Assembly: GCF_009834535.1 (NCBI RefSeq) | Contig: NC_045704.1 | Span: 43,586,001-43,650,000, forward strand | Source of the DNA: Camelus ferus | Taxonomy: Eukaryota | Length of the DNA stretch: 64,000 nt | Direction: 5' to 3' | Shown: piece by piece, positions 38,101 through 64,000 of the stretch | Layout of the letters: the number at the start of each line of letters is the position of its first letter | Numbering within the stretch: the stretch's first letter is position 1 | Made by a program: the position numbers and the translations under genes | Notes under the pieces: model-generated | Databases searched by the model: none | What the model was told of the DNA's origin: nothing | The model's input: the letters and a program-made list of their open reading frames with translations, nothing else

Positions 38101-40289
38101 TACTGATATTGGTATGATGATGAGCCTTTCCTACCAAAAATAGGACCTGACCAGGCTGTGGGTACCTAATGCTTATCCAGCCCTCTCTCCACAGATTCCA
38201 TCTTTTTCTATCTGTTCCAGCATCGACCCAGTTCTTTCGTGAAGTTCAAGCCGGCCTGGGTGCGGGCTGACCATGGGGCTGAGATGGCCTTCCTGTTCGG
38301 GGGTCCTTTCCTCACGGATGAGAGCTCCATGCTGGGTAAGGATGGACAGGCTGCCAGGCTCCGGGCGCGGCTTGCAGGAACAGAGGTCTCTGGTCAGCAC
38401 AGGGGACCCTTGGGTCTCCTCCAGGACCCATTTGACCCTGATCTAGATCTGCCCTCCCATAGCCTTTCCAGAAGCCACAGAGGAGGAGAAGCAGCTGAGC
38501 CTCACCATGATGGCCCAGTGGACCCACTTTGCCCGGACAGGGTGAGTGAGCCAGCAGGCATGCCTGGCTTTGGGCCTGGACTACTCAGAGCTGCCTCCTG
38601 GGGAGCAATACAGAGGCCTTTGTCTTCATTCATTCCTCCCACCCAGGAATCCCAATGACAGCGGGCTGCCTCTTTGGCCCTCCTTCAACCATTCAGAGCA
38701 ATATCTGGAAATCGGCCTGGTGCCACGGGTCAGCCAGAAGCTAAGGAAGGCCCGAATGCAGTTCTGGGCAGAGACACTTCCCACCAAGATCCAGCAGTGG
38801 CAGCAGAAGATGAAGGTCAGGAAGGCCCGGGAGGATCTCTAAGGCAGGGCCTGGGTCTTCTGGGCTCAGGGCCAACCCTAGGGGTGGGCAAGTCTCAGTG
38901 GGGCAGCCTCCTTCTCCCCCTGCTAAGAAACTTTAACTCAAACCAGGCTGATGAGTAGTCATGCCTCCTAAAGCTTCAGCCCCTCCATGACTGGCAATGT
39001 GCTCCTTTGAAATGTCATCTGCTCCCATAGAGGGGGGCTTTGCACAAACTTCCTCTCCCCACTTTTTTCATGGAAATTTCAGTTCATATTTCAAGCTTCC
39101 CAAAGGACCCTCCTCCTCCAGGACCTGCTTCAGGCCTGGCCCTATCTGTGTCCGTTACAGCTTGGCCCACTCTAGGCTAGCATTGTCTGTGTCTGTGTTT
39201 CTCTCCCACTCTGAGGAGTTCTCTGAGCATGGAAATCAGCCTGACCCCGTTCTGCATCTCTCATGCCAGGATTGGGCAGGACCTGGAGTCAGAGGATGTT
39301 TGGTGAATGAGTGAAAGACTGAGAAAGTATCAGAATGGTGGCTGCTGGACGTGAACCCAGGCCATTTAGGCACCAAAGCTATGCTTAATCCTGCACAGAT
39401 ATTGTCCCCCTGGCCAGAAGGGTGGATGGACTCCAGGGGCAGAAACTTGGGGTAGGGGAGTCCTGAAGCATCAGGGGATCCAGCCTAGAACAGATCTTAG
39501 CCCCCAGAAGCCTCTGATTAGAGCTGGGGGAGGTCCCTTTTTCCATGCTTGGCCCTTGCACAAGACAGAACAGAGTTCAACAGGGCCAGAACCCTGATCC
39601 TTGGACATGAGATGCAAGCTTCCCAGCCCTAGGGCCTCATCCCTTTAGGCCTGGTGGGGCTGCTTCCTCCCCACTCCAGCTATAGAAGACCAACTTCCAG
39701 GGGAGCTCAGCACAACTCTCAGAGCACCTATCAGGACACAGGAGAACAAGATAGGTGAGAGTGTCTGGACTGGTGCAACAGTCAAGTTGTCACAGAGAAA
39801 AGAAGAGATCTACCTGCTCAGGCTACAATAGGTGAAAAGCAGCCAGAGGATTTTGAGTAGGAGCACACATTTCTTCTTTTGCTGATCAATACACCATTCC
39901 CTTGTAACATCTGGACTTTAATACATAGCCCAGTGACTTCCCCCACCCCGACTACCCCATCCTACCTACTCCAATCTCACGTATACCCTTCCTCAGTCAG
40001 ACTAAATTCCTGGCTCCTAATGGTTACGTGAAAACCACTTACAGTTGGGACCAGTTCTGTTCTGGGAAGTTCGCTTGGGGCAGTAAAGAGAATCATAAAC
40101 CAGAGGGGTTCTGAGTGGTGCCACTCCCCTGCTCAAGAGCTCCCAGTGAATTCCTGTTACCCTTAGGGCAAGTCTAAGTTCTTTACGTGGCATCGAAGGG
40201 CTCCTCTTCTTATCCTCTTCTCTCCACCGAGGAAGCTTGTCCCGACAAGCTGGCAGACACCCAACAGGTAAATAGGCCACAATCACACA

Positions 40290-40720
40290 GTGTGTCACTG
40301 GGGACACAAAGGGCTGTAGGAGCCGGAGGCATAGACCAGCCTGACTAGGGGGACAGGGGAGATGGGACATCTAAGCTGAGACCTGAAGGACAAGCAGAGG
40401 TTGTACAGGCCAGAGGAGTAGCCTCGAGGGGTGGGGAGCAGGGGGAAAGGGTATTCCTGGCAGAAGGAACAGCAAGAACAAAGGCCTGGAGGGTGAGATG
40501 TGCTGAGAAAACACAATTCTGTAGGGCTGGAGAGGTCGGCAAAGAGCAGACTGGGAGAGGCCTTGTGGGCTGGGATGGGGCATGGACTAGAGGGTAATGG
40601 AGAGCCTTGTTAAGGTTTTAACCAGGGTATGACATGAGCAGTTTGGATGTGGCGGTGAGAGTGGGGCCAGGAGGGGGCCAATGTGGGCTTCCAGGTGGGC
40701 AGAAGGCCCAGTGGGCTCTA
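40290..40720 (+). mobile_element. L2 fragment
   Basis: aagctgagacctgaagga, gtattcctggcagaaggaacagcaagaacaaaggcctgga motifs. Confidence 0.6.
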
Positions 40721-42829
40721 GATTTAGGAATCAACAGACAGACCTGGTAGCTGACAGGACCCAAAGACAAGGGAAGAAAAACTCCCCAGGGCTGCCTGGG
40801 AGTGAGCCAGACCAGGCTGGGGATCAAAAGCTCGTGTTTTGACCATTCTGGGTGTATGAAGAGGCCTCTTCCTCCAGGCCTGAGGATGCACCACACCTGG
40901 CAGCCACGGGGAGGCGGAGTGGACCATCAGATTTGGTGCCATCATTGCCAGAGGGCTCTGAGGGGACAGGCAAGCCTGCTGGTGAGGCATCAGTCCCTGT
41001 TCTGCTGCCAGCTTTCCTGCTCCCCCTCCCTCCCCCGCACCCCCTAAACCGCCCAGCTTCTAGGGTTTTCTCCACACAGAGAGGGAGAGGAATGGCCTGG
41101 CCCCAGGGGAGTGCTCGCACAAGGTAGGTGCTCCTGGGATTCCAGTCCTCTGGCCTCTCTATTCTCCCTTCCCTGGGCCACTGCTTATGGAACTCCCATC
41201 CCCTGCCCGCCATGATGTCTTCTACCCACTGAGGGCCCCACCCTGAGGGCTCAGCAGCCATGGAGCTGAGGGGAGTGAGCCAGGGAGCACCCACAAACTC
41301 AGATGGGCCAGGCCCTGAAGTGGGGAGCTGGTGGACCCAGGGAGCCTCCCTATGGCAGGGTCACAGGAAAGGCCCTGTGAGCCATTTGAGTGTGTGAGCA
41401 CCACGGGGTACTGCAGGATCAGATGTGCACACCTGGGCTAGCCCCCGGACAAGGGACTCGTAGCTGCTCCCAAAAGACACAGACAAGTGTGTACATACCC
41501 AGCGCAAAACTTAGTTACTCACACACATGGGCAGTCTCACATATACATGTCCTCACTAGCAGGGTTCCAATCCAGTTTAGCAATTTACTAGTGTTTATCT
41601 TTGAGCAAGTTAGTTAGCTTCTTTGTGCCTTAGTTTTCCCACTTGTAAAATGGGTGCAATGATATTATTTCCCATGGATCCGCTGTGAGGACTGAACAAT
41701 AATTAGCTGGAAAGTTCTGAGAATAGTGCCTGACACACAGCAAATGCTCAGTAATTTCTCCCTGGTATAGGTATGGACACAGACTTCAATTGCACTGTCT
41801 AAAAACATCATATGGCTCCCTTGACCACAGTTCAAAGATAGAGGGATTAGGGGATGTTTAGGGAGTGTCATAATTTTAAGGCTCTTCCACCTTAGAATAA
41901 CTCTTGGGCCCTCGTCTACCCAGAAGAGGGGGCAGATAGAGCCCTGCGTTGTCCTGAATGGCAGGCTGAGTGCCCTCTGGGGGTCTCTGGCCCTCCCTGC
42001 GGGTCTCAGGGAAGCCATCATCCAAATTTGTCCTGATACTGCCTCCAGCTCCTCCTCTTGGATTTTAGGTGCACACTGCCTCTCAGAACTTGGTTCCCAG
42101 CCCAGCTTGCCCAGGCCCTGGGAAAGGTGTTCTGAGAACAGAGAGACACTTGGCATGGGGACACCAGCTCTGTTACCTGAGAACAGTGGTGCCCGCACTT
42201 CACTCCTTCCTCCACCCTGGCCCTTGGACTTCCCTTCCCACTAGCCCCCTCACGCCTAGAGGTATTACTGCCCACCAGAGGCTCACTTGATGTGGGGTTG
42301 CCGCTCCCTACTGACCCTGAGCTGACCTCTTTGATTCTGGGTGTTCTTGGCTGGGGCCCAGGGCACCAGGGAATCAGCTGGCCAGACCCCACCACCAGAA
42401 GTCTTCCTGAACTCTCTGCTGTGCTGAAGCTCACTCACATCCATCCTCTCCCTCAGGTCTCTGGACCTGAGGAGTTTCTCTCGTCCTGAATAGTCCTCTG
42501 ACTTTTGAGTAATCCTCTGGGGTCCTGAGTGGATCCCCACTTTACAGTTGAAAAAACTGAGAATCCGAGAGGAGAAGTGCCTTGCCTGTGGCCATACAGA
42601 GAATAAGGACAGAGCCAGGACTCAGATTCACGTCTCTGGGCCTCCAAATTGCATGTCCTTACCCCTCCAGAATATGCCCTCATGTCTAGAGCAAGCTTTC
42701 CATCTGCTAGAGTTGGGGTCTAAAGGGCTGATGTGGATGGAGGAACTGGGATTCCAAGAGGCCAGGGTGCAGGAGTTTTGCAACAGCTTCAGGTAGCACA
42801 GCCCACAGAGAGATGGCAGGGTCTTCACC

Positions 42830-43210
42830 TTCAAGAAGATTCATAAAAAGGACTTTTTGACAAGTGCAGGTTTCTTTTAAATCATACTGCTGAGCTGGTT
42901 TCTCAGATGGTAAAAAACCACCACCAAATGGAAGAAATTAACTACTTGATGATCATGAGCACGTAGCCCCCAGACCTTCTGGCACCTAAGGACCAATCAT
43001 CCTCAGCCCATCAGAGAATTGTGCACAGCTGATCACCTACTTTGGGACACCCCTCCCTCAGCTGGCCTTTAAAAATGCTCAGCTGAAACCATTTGAGGGG
43101 TTCAGGGCTTTGGGGGCCTTGCTTGGCCCAGCAATAAACCTTTCTCTGCTTCAAAAAAATAGGCCTCACATGTCTGCATAGGACCCCTCTGTCCTTTGGG
43201 CCCAAACTCT
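42830..43210 (+). mobile_element. ERV1-class solo LTR
   Basis: gagaattgtgcacagctgatcac; TATA-like TTTAAAAA at 43068-43075; AATAAAcctttctctgc at 43133-43138. Exact ends not resolved. Confidence 0.6.
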
Positions 43211-44421
43211 AGGCATTAGTGTTGGTCAGTGTGCACAGTGCTCCCCCACCCAGACTACAGGTCCTCACCGGCCACAGACCAGGTCTGCAAGTGTCAGGAA
43301 GCTTGCAGGGTAAAGGGCTGTGTTGAGCCTCCCTACCCACAAGGGGTCAGCATCCAGGCCATCCTTCTCCTTAGTCTCCAGACTCCATTACTCCCCAGAA
43401 CCATCTGAGGCCTCAAGGAAGTGAAGCTCTGAACTAGGCCATAAACTCCTCTTGGATAAGGTAGGTAGTGGCACGAGCACTGGGGCTCTCAGGCTCCCTA
43501 GGTGACCAGGCAGCCCCCAGAGCAGACCTGGTCAACACAGGAGTCTCAGAGCGGCAAAGTCAAATAGGTGGGTAGGTGGTCAGAATCCTATCATTCCTGC
43601 CTGGTCCCGCCTACTGCAGGGACTTCTGCGTAGATGAGGGGTGAGGCAGCGCCAGGGCAAGCCTCCAGGAGCTGGTGTCCAGCCTCTGCCAGACCAGTCC
43701 CTGGGATGGGAGCTGCCTAAAGTCACCACCCTGAAGGACTGGAGAAATCTGACTTGCAGTATGACTAGGACAAGCCCCTGTCAGGCTCTCTGTATCCCTC
43801 GTACCAAAATATAGATAAGGCTCCTGGCCCTCCCCAAGCCTCCCAGAGCCTCGCCCACACCTCAGTCCCCATGATCTCCATTCCTGCAGGGCTGCGCTCT
43901 GGCCCCAGTGTGGCCAGCTGGAGGCCCACCTGGGTCTCAGCCTGTGCCTGGGGAGTGATGCTGGAAATGCCAGGCCAGGTTTCTGGGAAAGAGTTCAGGT
44001 TCCCTTTTTACACAATACGCTAGGAAGACTGGTCTCATGCAGGAGGCTGCAGGGGTTGGGCTCTGTCTTGTAGGAGCATGGCCCATTCAGAAAGATACCC
44101 TGGAAGGGGATGAACTGAGTTTTGGAGGATAACTAGGTGTTCACTTGGTTGACAATGCAAGGAAGAGCATTCCACTCAGAGGGAACAGCATGAGAAAAGG
44201 CCCCATCCTTTTTCTCCTACTTGCACTAAGCTGCCTTCCTCTGTGGTGGTGCAACTCACACTTCCTTTGGGACCTTGGCCAGATCATTTCCTCACTCTAG
44301 GTCTCAGTTTCCTGACCTATACAACAGGAATAATGACAATGGTGATGACAATGACAGTAATAAAGACATTTGGGAAGAGCCTTGTCTGGGCCAGATCTAA
44401 GATTCTGATATGGAGCACTGG

Positions 44422-44809
44422 GTGACTCTTCTCCCGAGTCCCCCGGCATTCTCTGTTTTTGAGGGGAGACCAAGGCCCCATCTGATCCACTGTTGAACTT
44501 TACACGTACATAGACGTGTCTGGAAAGTGACATGGGCTCTCTATTTAGGTCAGATCGCAGGGTGAAGCCAAGGTCCTAGAGAAAGAAGGAGCCAGCTCAG
44601 CAGCTGGGTCTGGGATGAAGGCAGAGAGCATGGTTCTGGGCCCTCCAGGGTTCTGACCTGACCTCCCACCCACAGAGGATGGTAAAGGGTACCTTTGAGG
44701 GAGGACAAATCATCTCACTGTTGCTGAGATCCTGGGCCCAAGCAGCTGGGCTGTGGGAAGACCCTCACCAGAATATCTCCAAATGGGAGTAGTTACCCTT
44801 CTCCATTCC
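44422..44809 (+). repeat. Inverted repeat, left arm (388 bp)
   Basis: Reverse complement of 46527-46914; 381/388 identical by manual alignment. Confidence 0.95.
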
Positions 44810-44869
44810 TGAGGACTGAGTCACATCCAAGTTGCCAGGAAGTAAGTTTGAGAGCCCATGGGGCATGGA

Positions 44870-46160
44870 GGGACACATGTTTTTGTGTGGACATATATCT
44901 TCATTTCTCTTGGAAATCTATATACGTAGGAGGGAAATTGCTAGGTTATATGGTAACTCTTGTCTTTCATCACTTGGGGAACTGCCAGACTGTGCTCCAA
45001 AGTGGCTGCACCATTTTACATTCCCACCAGAAGTCAATGAGAATTTAGATTTATCCACTTCCACGGCAGCATTTATTATCTGACTTTTTAATTTTAACCA
45101 CCCTAATGGATATAAAGTGGTACCTGATTTGGGCTTGATTTGCATTTCCCGATGGCTAATGATACTGAATATTTTTCCATGTGTTGGTTTCCTTTTAAAT
45201 ATACTCCTTGGAGAAATAGCTCTTCAGATCCTTTGCCCATTTTTGAATTGGGTTGTTAGTCTTTTTGTTGTTGAATTGCAAGAATTCTTTATATATTCTG
45301 AATGCAAGTTCCGTAACAGATTTATGATTTACAAACACTTTCTCCATTTCTGTGGGTTGTTTTCGACTTTCTTCACTCTTTTGCATGTGGCTATCTAGTT
45401 GCCCCAACAACATTTGTTGAAAAGACCATTCTTTTGCCCATTAAACTGGCTTGGCATCCTTGTTGAAAATCAGCTGTTCATAGATAAGCGGATTTTTTTA
45501 ATGAATTCTCAATTTTATTCCATTGATCTATATGTCCAACTTATGCCAGTACTACCCTCTCTTGATTACCATTTCTTTGTAATAAGTTTTAAGATAGATA
45601 ACTATGAGTTCTACTTTATCCTTTTTTGTTAAATGAAATGCTCTTTTTATTTTATTTTTTACTTTTTTCCCCTTAGCTGAGGCACTGAGGATTGAACCTA
45701 GGGCCTCTTGCCTGCCAAGCACATGCTCTATCACTAAACTATACCCCCACCCCGCTTCTGCTTTATTTTTATTTTGGGGGGGAGAGGTTGTTAGGTTTAC
45801 TTGTTTATTTATTTTTAGAGGAGGTACTGAGGATTGAATCCAGGATCTCGTACATACTGAGCATGCATTCTACCACTTGAGCTATACCCTCCCCCCATCT
45901 TTTGCTTTATTCTTGTTCAAGATTATTTTGGCTATTCTAGGTCCTATGCAATTCCATATGAATTTTAGAATCTGGTTGTCAATTTTCTACCAAGAAATTG
46001 AGATTTCATATAGGGATGTCATTGAATCTATAGGTCAGTTTGGATAGTATTACCATCTTAACAATATTAAGTCCTCATCCATGAACATGGGAGGTTTTCC
46101 TATTCATTTCGATCTACTTTAACTTCTTATAACAATGTTTTGTAGTTTTCAGAGTATACA
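44870..46160 (-). mobile_element. L1 fragment in the inverted-repeat spacer with two tandem SINEs (~45645-45753, ~45763-45896)
   Basis: Antisense L1 motifs (ggctgcaccattttacattcccaccag). Each SINE has ggattgaac/atccagg and ends in ctataccc. Confidence 0.8.
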
Positions 46161-46526
46161 ATTTGGACTTTTTTTGGTTTGGGAGCCTCTGGGTTGTGTA
46201 GGGGCCCTAGGAGTTATTGAATTCACAGCTGAGTTGAGGCTGTGCTTCTGGAGCAGCCACATGTGGCTGCATAAGTGGCCAGCACACTGGCTGAGTCCCT
46301 CTCAGCAGGGGATCCTAGCTGTGTCCACCATCCATGGCTTGGTCTTGGCTGCACTCTCCTACCCTCATCTCCCCTATGCTACCCTTGGCACTGGCCTCCA
46401 GGCCATCTCAATGCTGGTCATCCATGAATCCCTGCTAGCCTAAAGGTCCACAAGTTTCCTTGATGGTGCCATCCTGATAGATAAACACTCTCCCTGACTC
46501 TGCAGCTATTACCTTTGATGTTCTTT

Positions 46527-46914
46527 GGAATGGAGAAGGGTAACTACTCCCATTTGGAGATATTCTGGTGAGGGTCTTCCCACAGCCCAGCTGCTTGGGC
46601 CCAGGATCTCAGCAACAGTGAGATGATTTGTCCTCCCTCAAAGGTACCCTTTACCATCCTCTGTGGGTGGGAGGTCAGGTCAGAACCCTGGAGGGCCCAG
46701 AACCATGCTCTCTGCCTTCATCCCAGACCCAGCTGCTGAGCTGGCTCCTTCTTTCTCTAGGACCTTGGCTTCACCCTGCGATCTGACCTAAATAGAGAGC
46801 CCATGTCACTTTCCAGACATGTCTATGTACGTGTAAAGTTCAACAGTGGATCAGATGGGGCCTTGGTCTCCTCTTAAAAACAGAGGATGCTGGGAGACTC
46901 AGGAGAAGAGTCAC
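46527..46914 (-). repeat. Inverted repeat, right arm (388 bp)
   Basis: Reverse complement of 44422-44809. Confidence 0.95.
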
Positions 46915-47859
46915 GTCATATTACATACAGGCTCCTACCCCTAAGGTAATGTTGCACCAGAGCCACCTGGCTGACCCAGCTTCCTGTTCAACATTCCCTG
47001 TGTCCCTTGTGAGCACTGGACGGGGCCACATGAGTCCTAGGCACTCCACTGAGGAATCTGGCCTGGCACGACTGCCACCCATATGGACCAGGGGAAAGGT
47101 TGTTTCTTCTCCCAGGGAGAGGTGGCAGGAGTGGAGCCAGCTGTTGGGAGGATCTGTCCTTAAGACCCACACAGAACTGGCCAAGTTGCTGCACAGCTGG
47201 ATTGGGGAGTCTACCTGTGACGAGCCCCAGGCCTGGCAGGTGGACTCATATTCTTGTCTGCCCTATCCACCACCCCTTTCCTTGTCCACACCACAGCTTG
47301 GCCCTTCCTTTGAGTGACACATGCCTAGTGCATATAGATAAACCAACCTTGTCAGAGCCTGGGCAGCAGAAACAAGTGGCTGTCACCCACCTAGACTGGG
47401 CTTCATACTCCTATTGATAGCCCACAGGGAGGCCAGCAGAGTGAGGTAATGAGAAGGGAAATATGGTCCAGAAAGAGGAACGTGGTCCAGGCCTGATGGA
47501 GCTGCTGGTAGTACCTACTTCTCTGGTCCTGCCTTCCTTGTCCTCCCACTCCTGCCCCTTTAAACCCCACAGTGACAGTAAACTCTCCACTGATGTTGGT
47601 TAAAGAAAATATGGAAAATACAGAAAAGTTAAAGGAGAAAAAGGAGAAAAAAAATCAATGTCACTGATGACTGAACAACTCAGAGCCAACCACAGACACC
47701 ATTTGGGCATCAGTCCTTCCAGTCTGTTACTCTAGACATCTCTGGAGTATTTTGGTGTATACTTTCTGTGGCCAATATGGTCATAGTCAATATACAATTT
47801 CAAATTCTGCCTTCTCAAGTTATTAAATCACATCAGCCTCTTCCCAAGTACTGATGACA

Positions 47860-48110
47860 ACAGTTGACACAATGGGTTTTCCCTGTTTTAAGTGCTTGAC
47901 CTACGTTACAGCAGTTAACCCTCACTACAACCCTATGAGATAAGTACTATCATTATGCAGAATTTACAGATGGAAAAACTGAGGTCCAGAGAAGTCAAGC
48001 AATTCTCCCAAGGTCACACAGCTCAAAAGTGGCAGTGCTGGGATTGAAACCCAGCAGCCTGGCTCAGAGCAACCACACTAAGCCATCGGCTGCTTTGGAG
48101 TCTTAGGGAG
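47860..48110 (+). mobile_element. MIR (one example; further MIR-like pieces near 1900, 8800, 22850, 26750, 35800, 36650, 37900, 41600, 57700, 61470)
   Basis: Core tttacagatggaaaaactgaggtccagagaagtcaagc...ccaaggtcacacagct. Confidence 0.75.
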
Positions 48111-50088
48111 CATGATATTATTGACCATGTAGTGTATATTATATTCTGTAGATGTAACATTCCTTCTTCACCCATTCCCTTTAGTTGTATTGAGATGAGG
48201 CTATTGTCAACAAGGCTATAGAACACTCATCATGTAAACAACTTTTTGTGTGTCTTGGATGATCTCCCAGACCAAATTTCTCAGTCAAAGGAGCAGTTTT
48301 AAGACTCTTGCTCTATGTTATTCAGTGACCTTAGGAAAGGCTGCATTATTCATATGCCCACTATCAGAGGATGAAGGCTCCTACTTTGCCAACAGGGAAG
48401 AACTTTCAGGGAGGGGACGCTGATGTGTCAACCAAGATCTCAGGCTGCAGTGGTCAGGAAGGTCCCCAAGCCACATCAGCACGTGAGAATTTTGTAGAAA
48501 ATGGTTTGAGGACCGTTTCCAGAATTCCCGTACCCCTCAGCCACTCAAGAGAGTGTGGAGGGGGAAGGAGTTAGGTGAGAGATGTTCTTTGGACAGGGAT
48601 GTTGTCTCACTGTGAATCCTCACCCCACTTTCTTCCCCTCAAGCTAGGGAATCCTTTTTCATGAGACCATCGGGGAGCCTGATAGGTGCTACCCACCGTG
48701 AGGAGGCTCAGCCAACTGGAGCCTGACTTCACCCAAAGGAAATATAGCAGCTTGTGACCATATAGGGTAGGATAGAGGGGCTGTAATGAGATGGGCCGTG
48801 GCCCTGCTAGGGCAGGCAAAGGATGTTGGAAGTTTGCCCAGGTAGACTCTGCAGAATTGGGGTTGGGGGAGGTGTCACCTTGGGCCCTCAGAGGGGCATA
48901 GGGCCCAGGAAGCAACGTTAGGCAGAGAATGCCACATTCCTTAAGACTGAGGAAGGGACACAGGATGGAAACTGGGGGAGAGGAGTCCTGAGGAAAGGGC
49001 ATTTCTGAAGAATTCACAAAACTGGCCATGAGAAAAGGAGTGAGAATTAACCATCTGCCAGGCCTACAGAGCAGGAGGCCAGGGATCAAGTAAGAACAGT
49101 GCTGGTCCCCTGAGCTTTCCCCTCCGCTGATTCTATACTGCTGGGGAGAGGAATCAAAGGAGCCCAGCACATCCCTTTTTCCTCAAAGGTGGGACAGGAC
49201 TCCAGGCTTTGGTGGGAGATAGGGAGGGGACCAGAATTACTTTTGAATGAAGATGGAACTGCCCTCTTCTCCCCCTCACATGCTCTTGCAGCTCCAGATT
49301 TCAGATAGGTCTCCCCCTTAGCCTGGATGACTCCTCAGCCTTCACCTAGAAGACTGGATCTTCTCCAGGGAACCTTTCTTCCCTGCTCACCATCACCGGG
49401 CTCTGGACTCCACTCCCAAATCATGATTGCTTCCAGATCCAGCTGCCCCAGCGGGATGGTGAGCCTGTGAAGGTAGCGACCATGTAGGAAGGCAGCTGTG
49501 CTTGCCAGGCACCAGCAGCACACATTAGCAACCACACAGGATGGCTCCCCAGGACTGCTACACCTGCACCGAGACCACTGCTCCATCACAGCCCTGGCTG
49601 AGAAAGTCAAGATGTGTGAGGAAGCGTGAGGGGGTGCCTGGAGAAGAGACTGGACAAAGCAGAGGGGAGCAGGGGAGCCTGAGGCCTTTGAATCCACAGG
49701 GAGGAAACCTAGGGTCTAGCAACCAGGGGCCCAGGTGTTCTGCCCCAACCTTAGCACCTATTGTGTGCCCAAAGCTTGACTCACACTATCTCAACATTAT
49801 GATCATTGCGCAGATGAGCAATCTTTGCAGGGATTGCAGGCTGGTCAGTTTTTTGAAGAGCCAAGATCATCTAGATCATCTATGGTGACCTGTCACCCCA
49901 AGGCAGAGACAAAGCTGTGGGCTGGTCAGACTATGCACAATTTCTCCCATCTCCGTACCTGCTCTTGGTGACCGAAGGAAAATACAAGTAGGACTGCCCA
50001 GTACTCACACGCCACATACACAGCTCTTATCTGACATCTGCGGTACAGACATCATTGCAGCCCGTGGCAGGAGCTAGAAAGCTGAAGC

Positions 50089-63356
<13,268 letters not shown>

Positions 63357-64000
63357 GTCCTGTGGAGGCTCCCTGTTGCTTCCAGGCCAGAGCCAGAGCC
63401 TTAGTCTGTTTGGGGCCCTGAACCATTCCCTTCAGCCTGACATCCCATGATGCTCACCTGTCTCACTGACCATCAGGTTAGTCCAGGCCCTTTCACTGCC
63501 ATACTGTGGGCTACCAGTTCTCAGAACAAATGCTTCTCTCCCTTCTCCAAATCCTTCCACCCATTAAGGTCAACTTGAAGCCACTTCTTATGGGAATTCC
63601 ACCCAGACTGCCACTGCCCCTATCATTACACCAGCTTGGACTTACTATTCATCTCACTCAACCTTGTGCCTGTTCACATTGGCCTGAGCCCTTGGGCAGG
63701 TTATATGTTACAAGAAGTGAAGTTTTGATAGCTTGAGATCTTCTCCCCCTTCCTACACATCTCCCGCAGGGCCCCTCCAAAGCCAGGGATGGTCCTCAAT
63801 AAAAACATGTTGACTTGCCCTGAATTTCTCCTTCTGTAAAATGGATGGATGAACCACATGGTTTCTCTATTTGAACCCTTAGAGGAAGGGAGCATTGCTG
63901 CCTGCTCCTTGTCGGGCTGAGCCTGCTATGCTACACTCAGTCAACGGGAGCTGCCGCAAAGTTGCCTGCACTGCAGAGCACTTAGTTTTTTTTCTTCATT

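Larger units (their letters stand above)
28336..38842 (+). pseudogene. CES3: Carboxylesterase 3, disrupted (catalytic Glu->Lys + nonsense)
   Basis: Exons 28336-28417, 28974-29178, 29284-29422, 29571-29704, 30204-30357, 30460-30564, 31240-31341, 31738-31872, 36269-36349, 37416-37563, 38195-38335, 38463-38541, 38647-38842. CES3-type GGSAG and C-terminal REDL. AAG at 31849-31851; TGA at 37488-37490. Confidence 0.9.

Noticed and set aside
39000-50000. Search for an additional CES paralog or hidden gene between CES3 and CES4A (e.g. ORFs 40824-41294, 41665-42198, 48607-49170)
   Set aside because: No carboxylesterase motifs (HGG, GxSxG, DHG) or coherent exon chains found; the ORFs overlap MIR/L2 or unique GC-rich DNA.

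Overview
Mammalian genomic DNA, most likely a camelid (several tRNA-derived vic-1-like SINEs), from a draft assembly with 3 short N gaps. It is syntenic with human 16q22.1: CDH16 5' end (-), RRAD (-), CIAO2B/FAM96B (-), then the carboxylesterase cluster CES2, CES3, CES4A (+). I reconstructed all coding exons by hand. RRAD (308 aa) and CIAO2B (163 aa) are intact, and CIAO2B intron 1 is an AT-AC minor-spliceosome intron with non-consensus signals. CES2 is disabled by an in-frame TAG before the catalytic Ser and a 2-nt frameshift that removes HTEL. CES3 is disabled by catalytic Glu->Lys, an in-frame TGA and other decay. CES4A keeps its catalytic triad, but an apparent 1-nt deletion reads past the ancestral stop and adds a 38-aa tail. 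Between CES3 and CES4A lies a 388-bp inverted repeat (381/388 identical, inner 293 bp perfect) around a 1.7-kb spacer, downstream of a solo LTR. Comparisons with human sequences are from memory and need database confirmation. Repeat boundaries are approximate.
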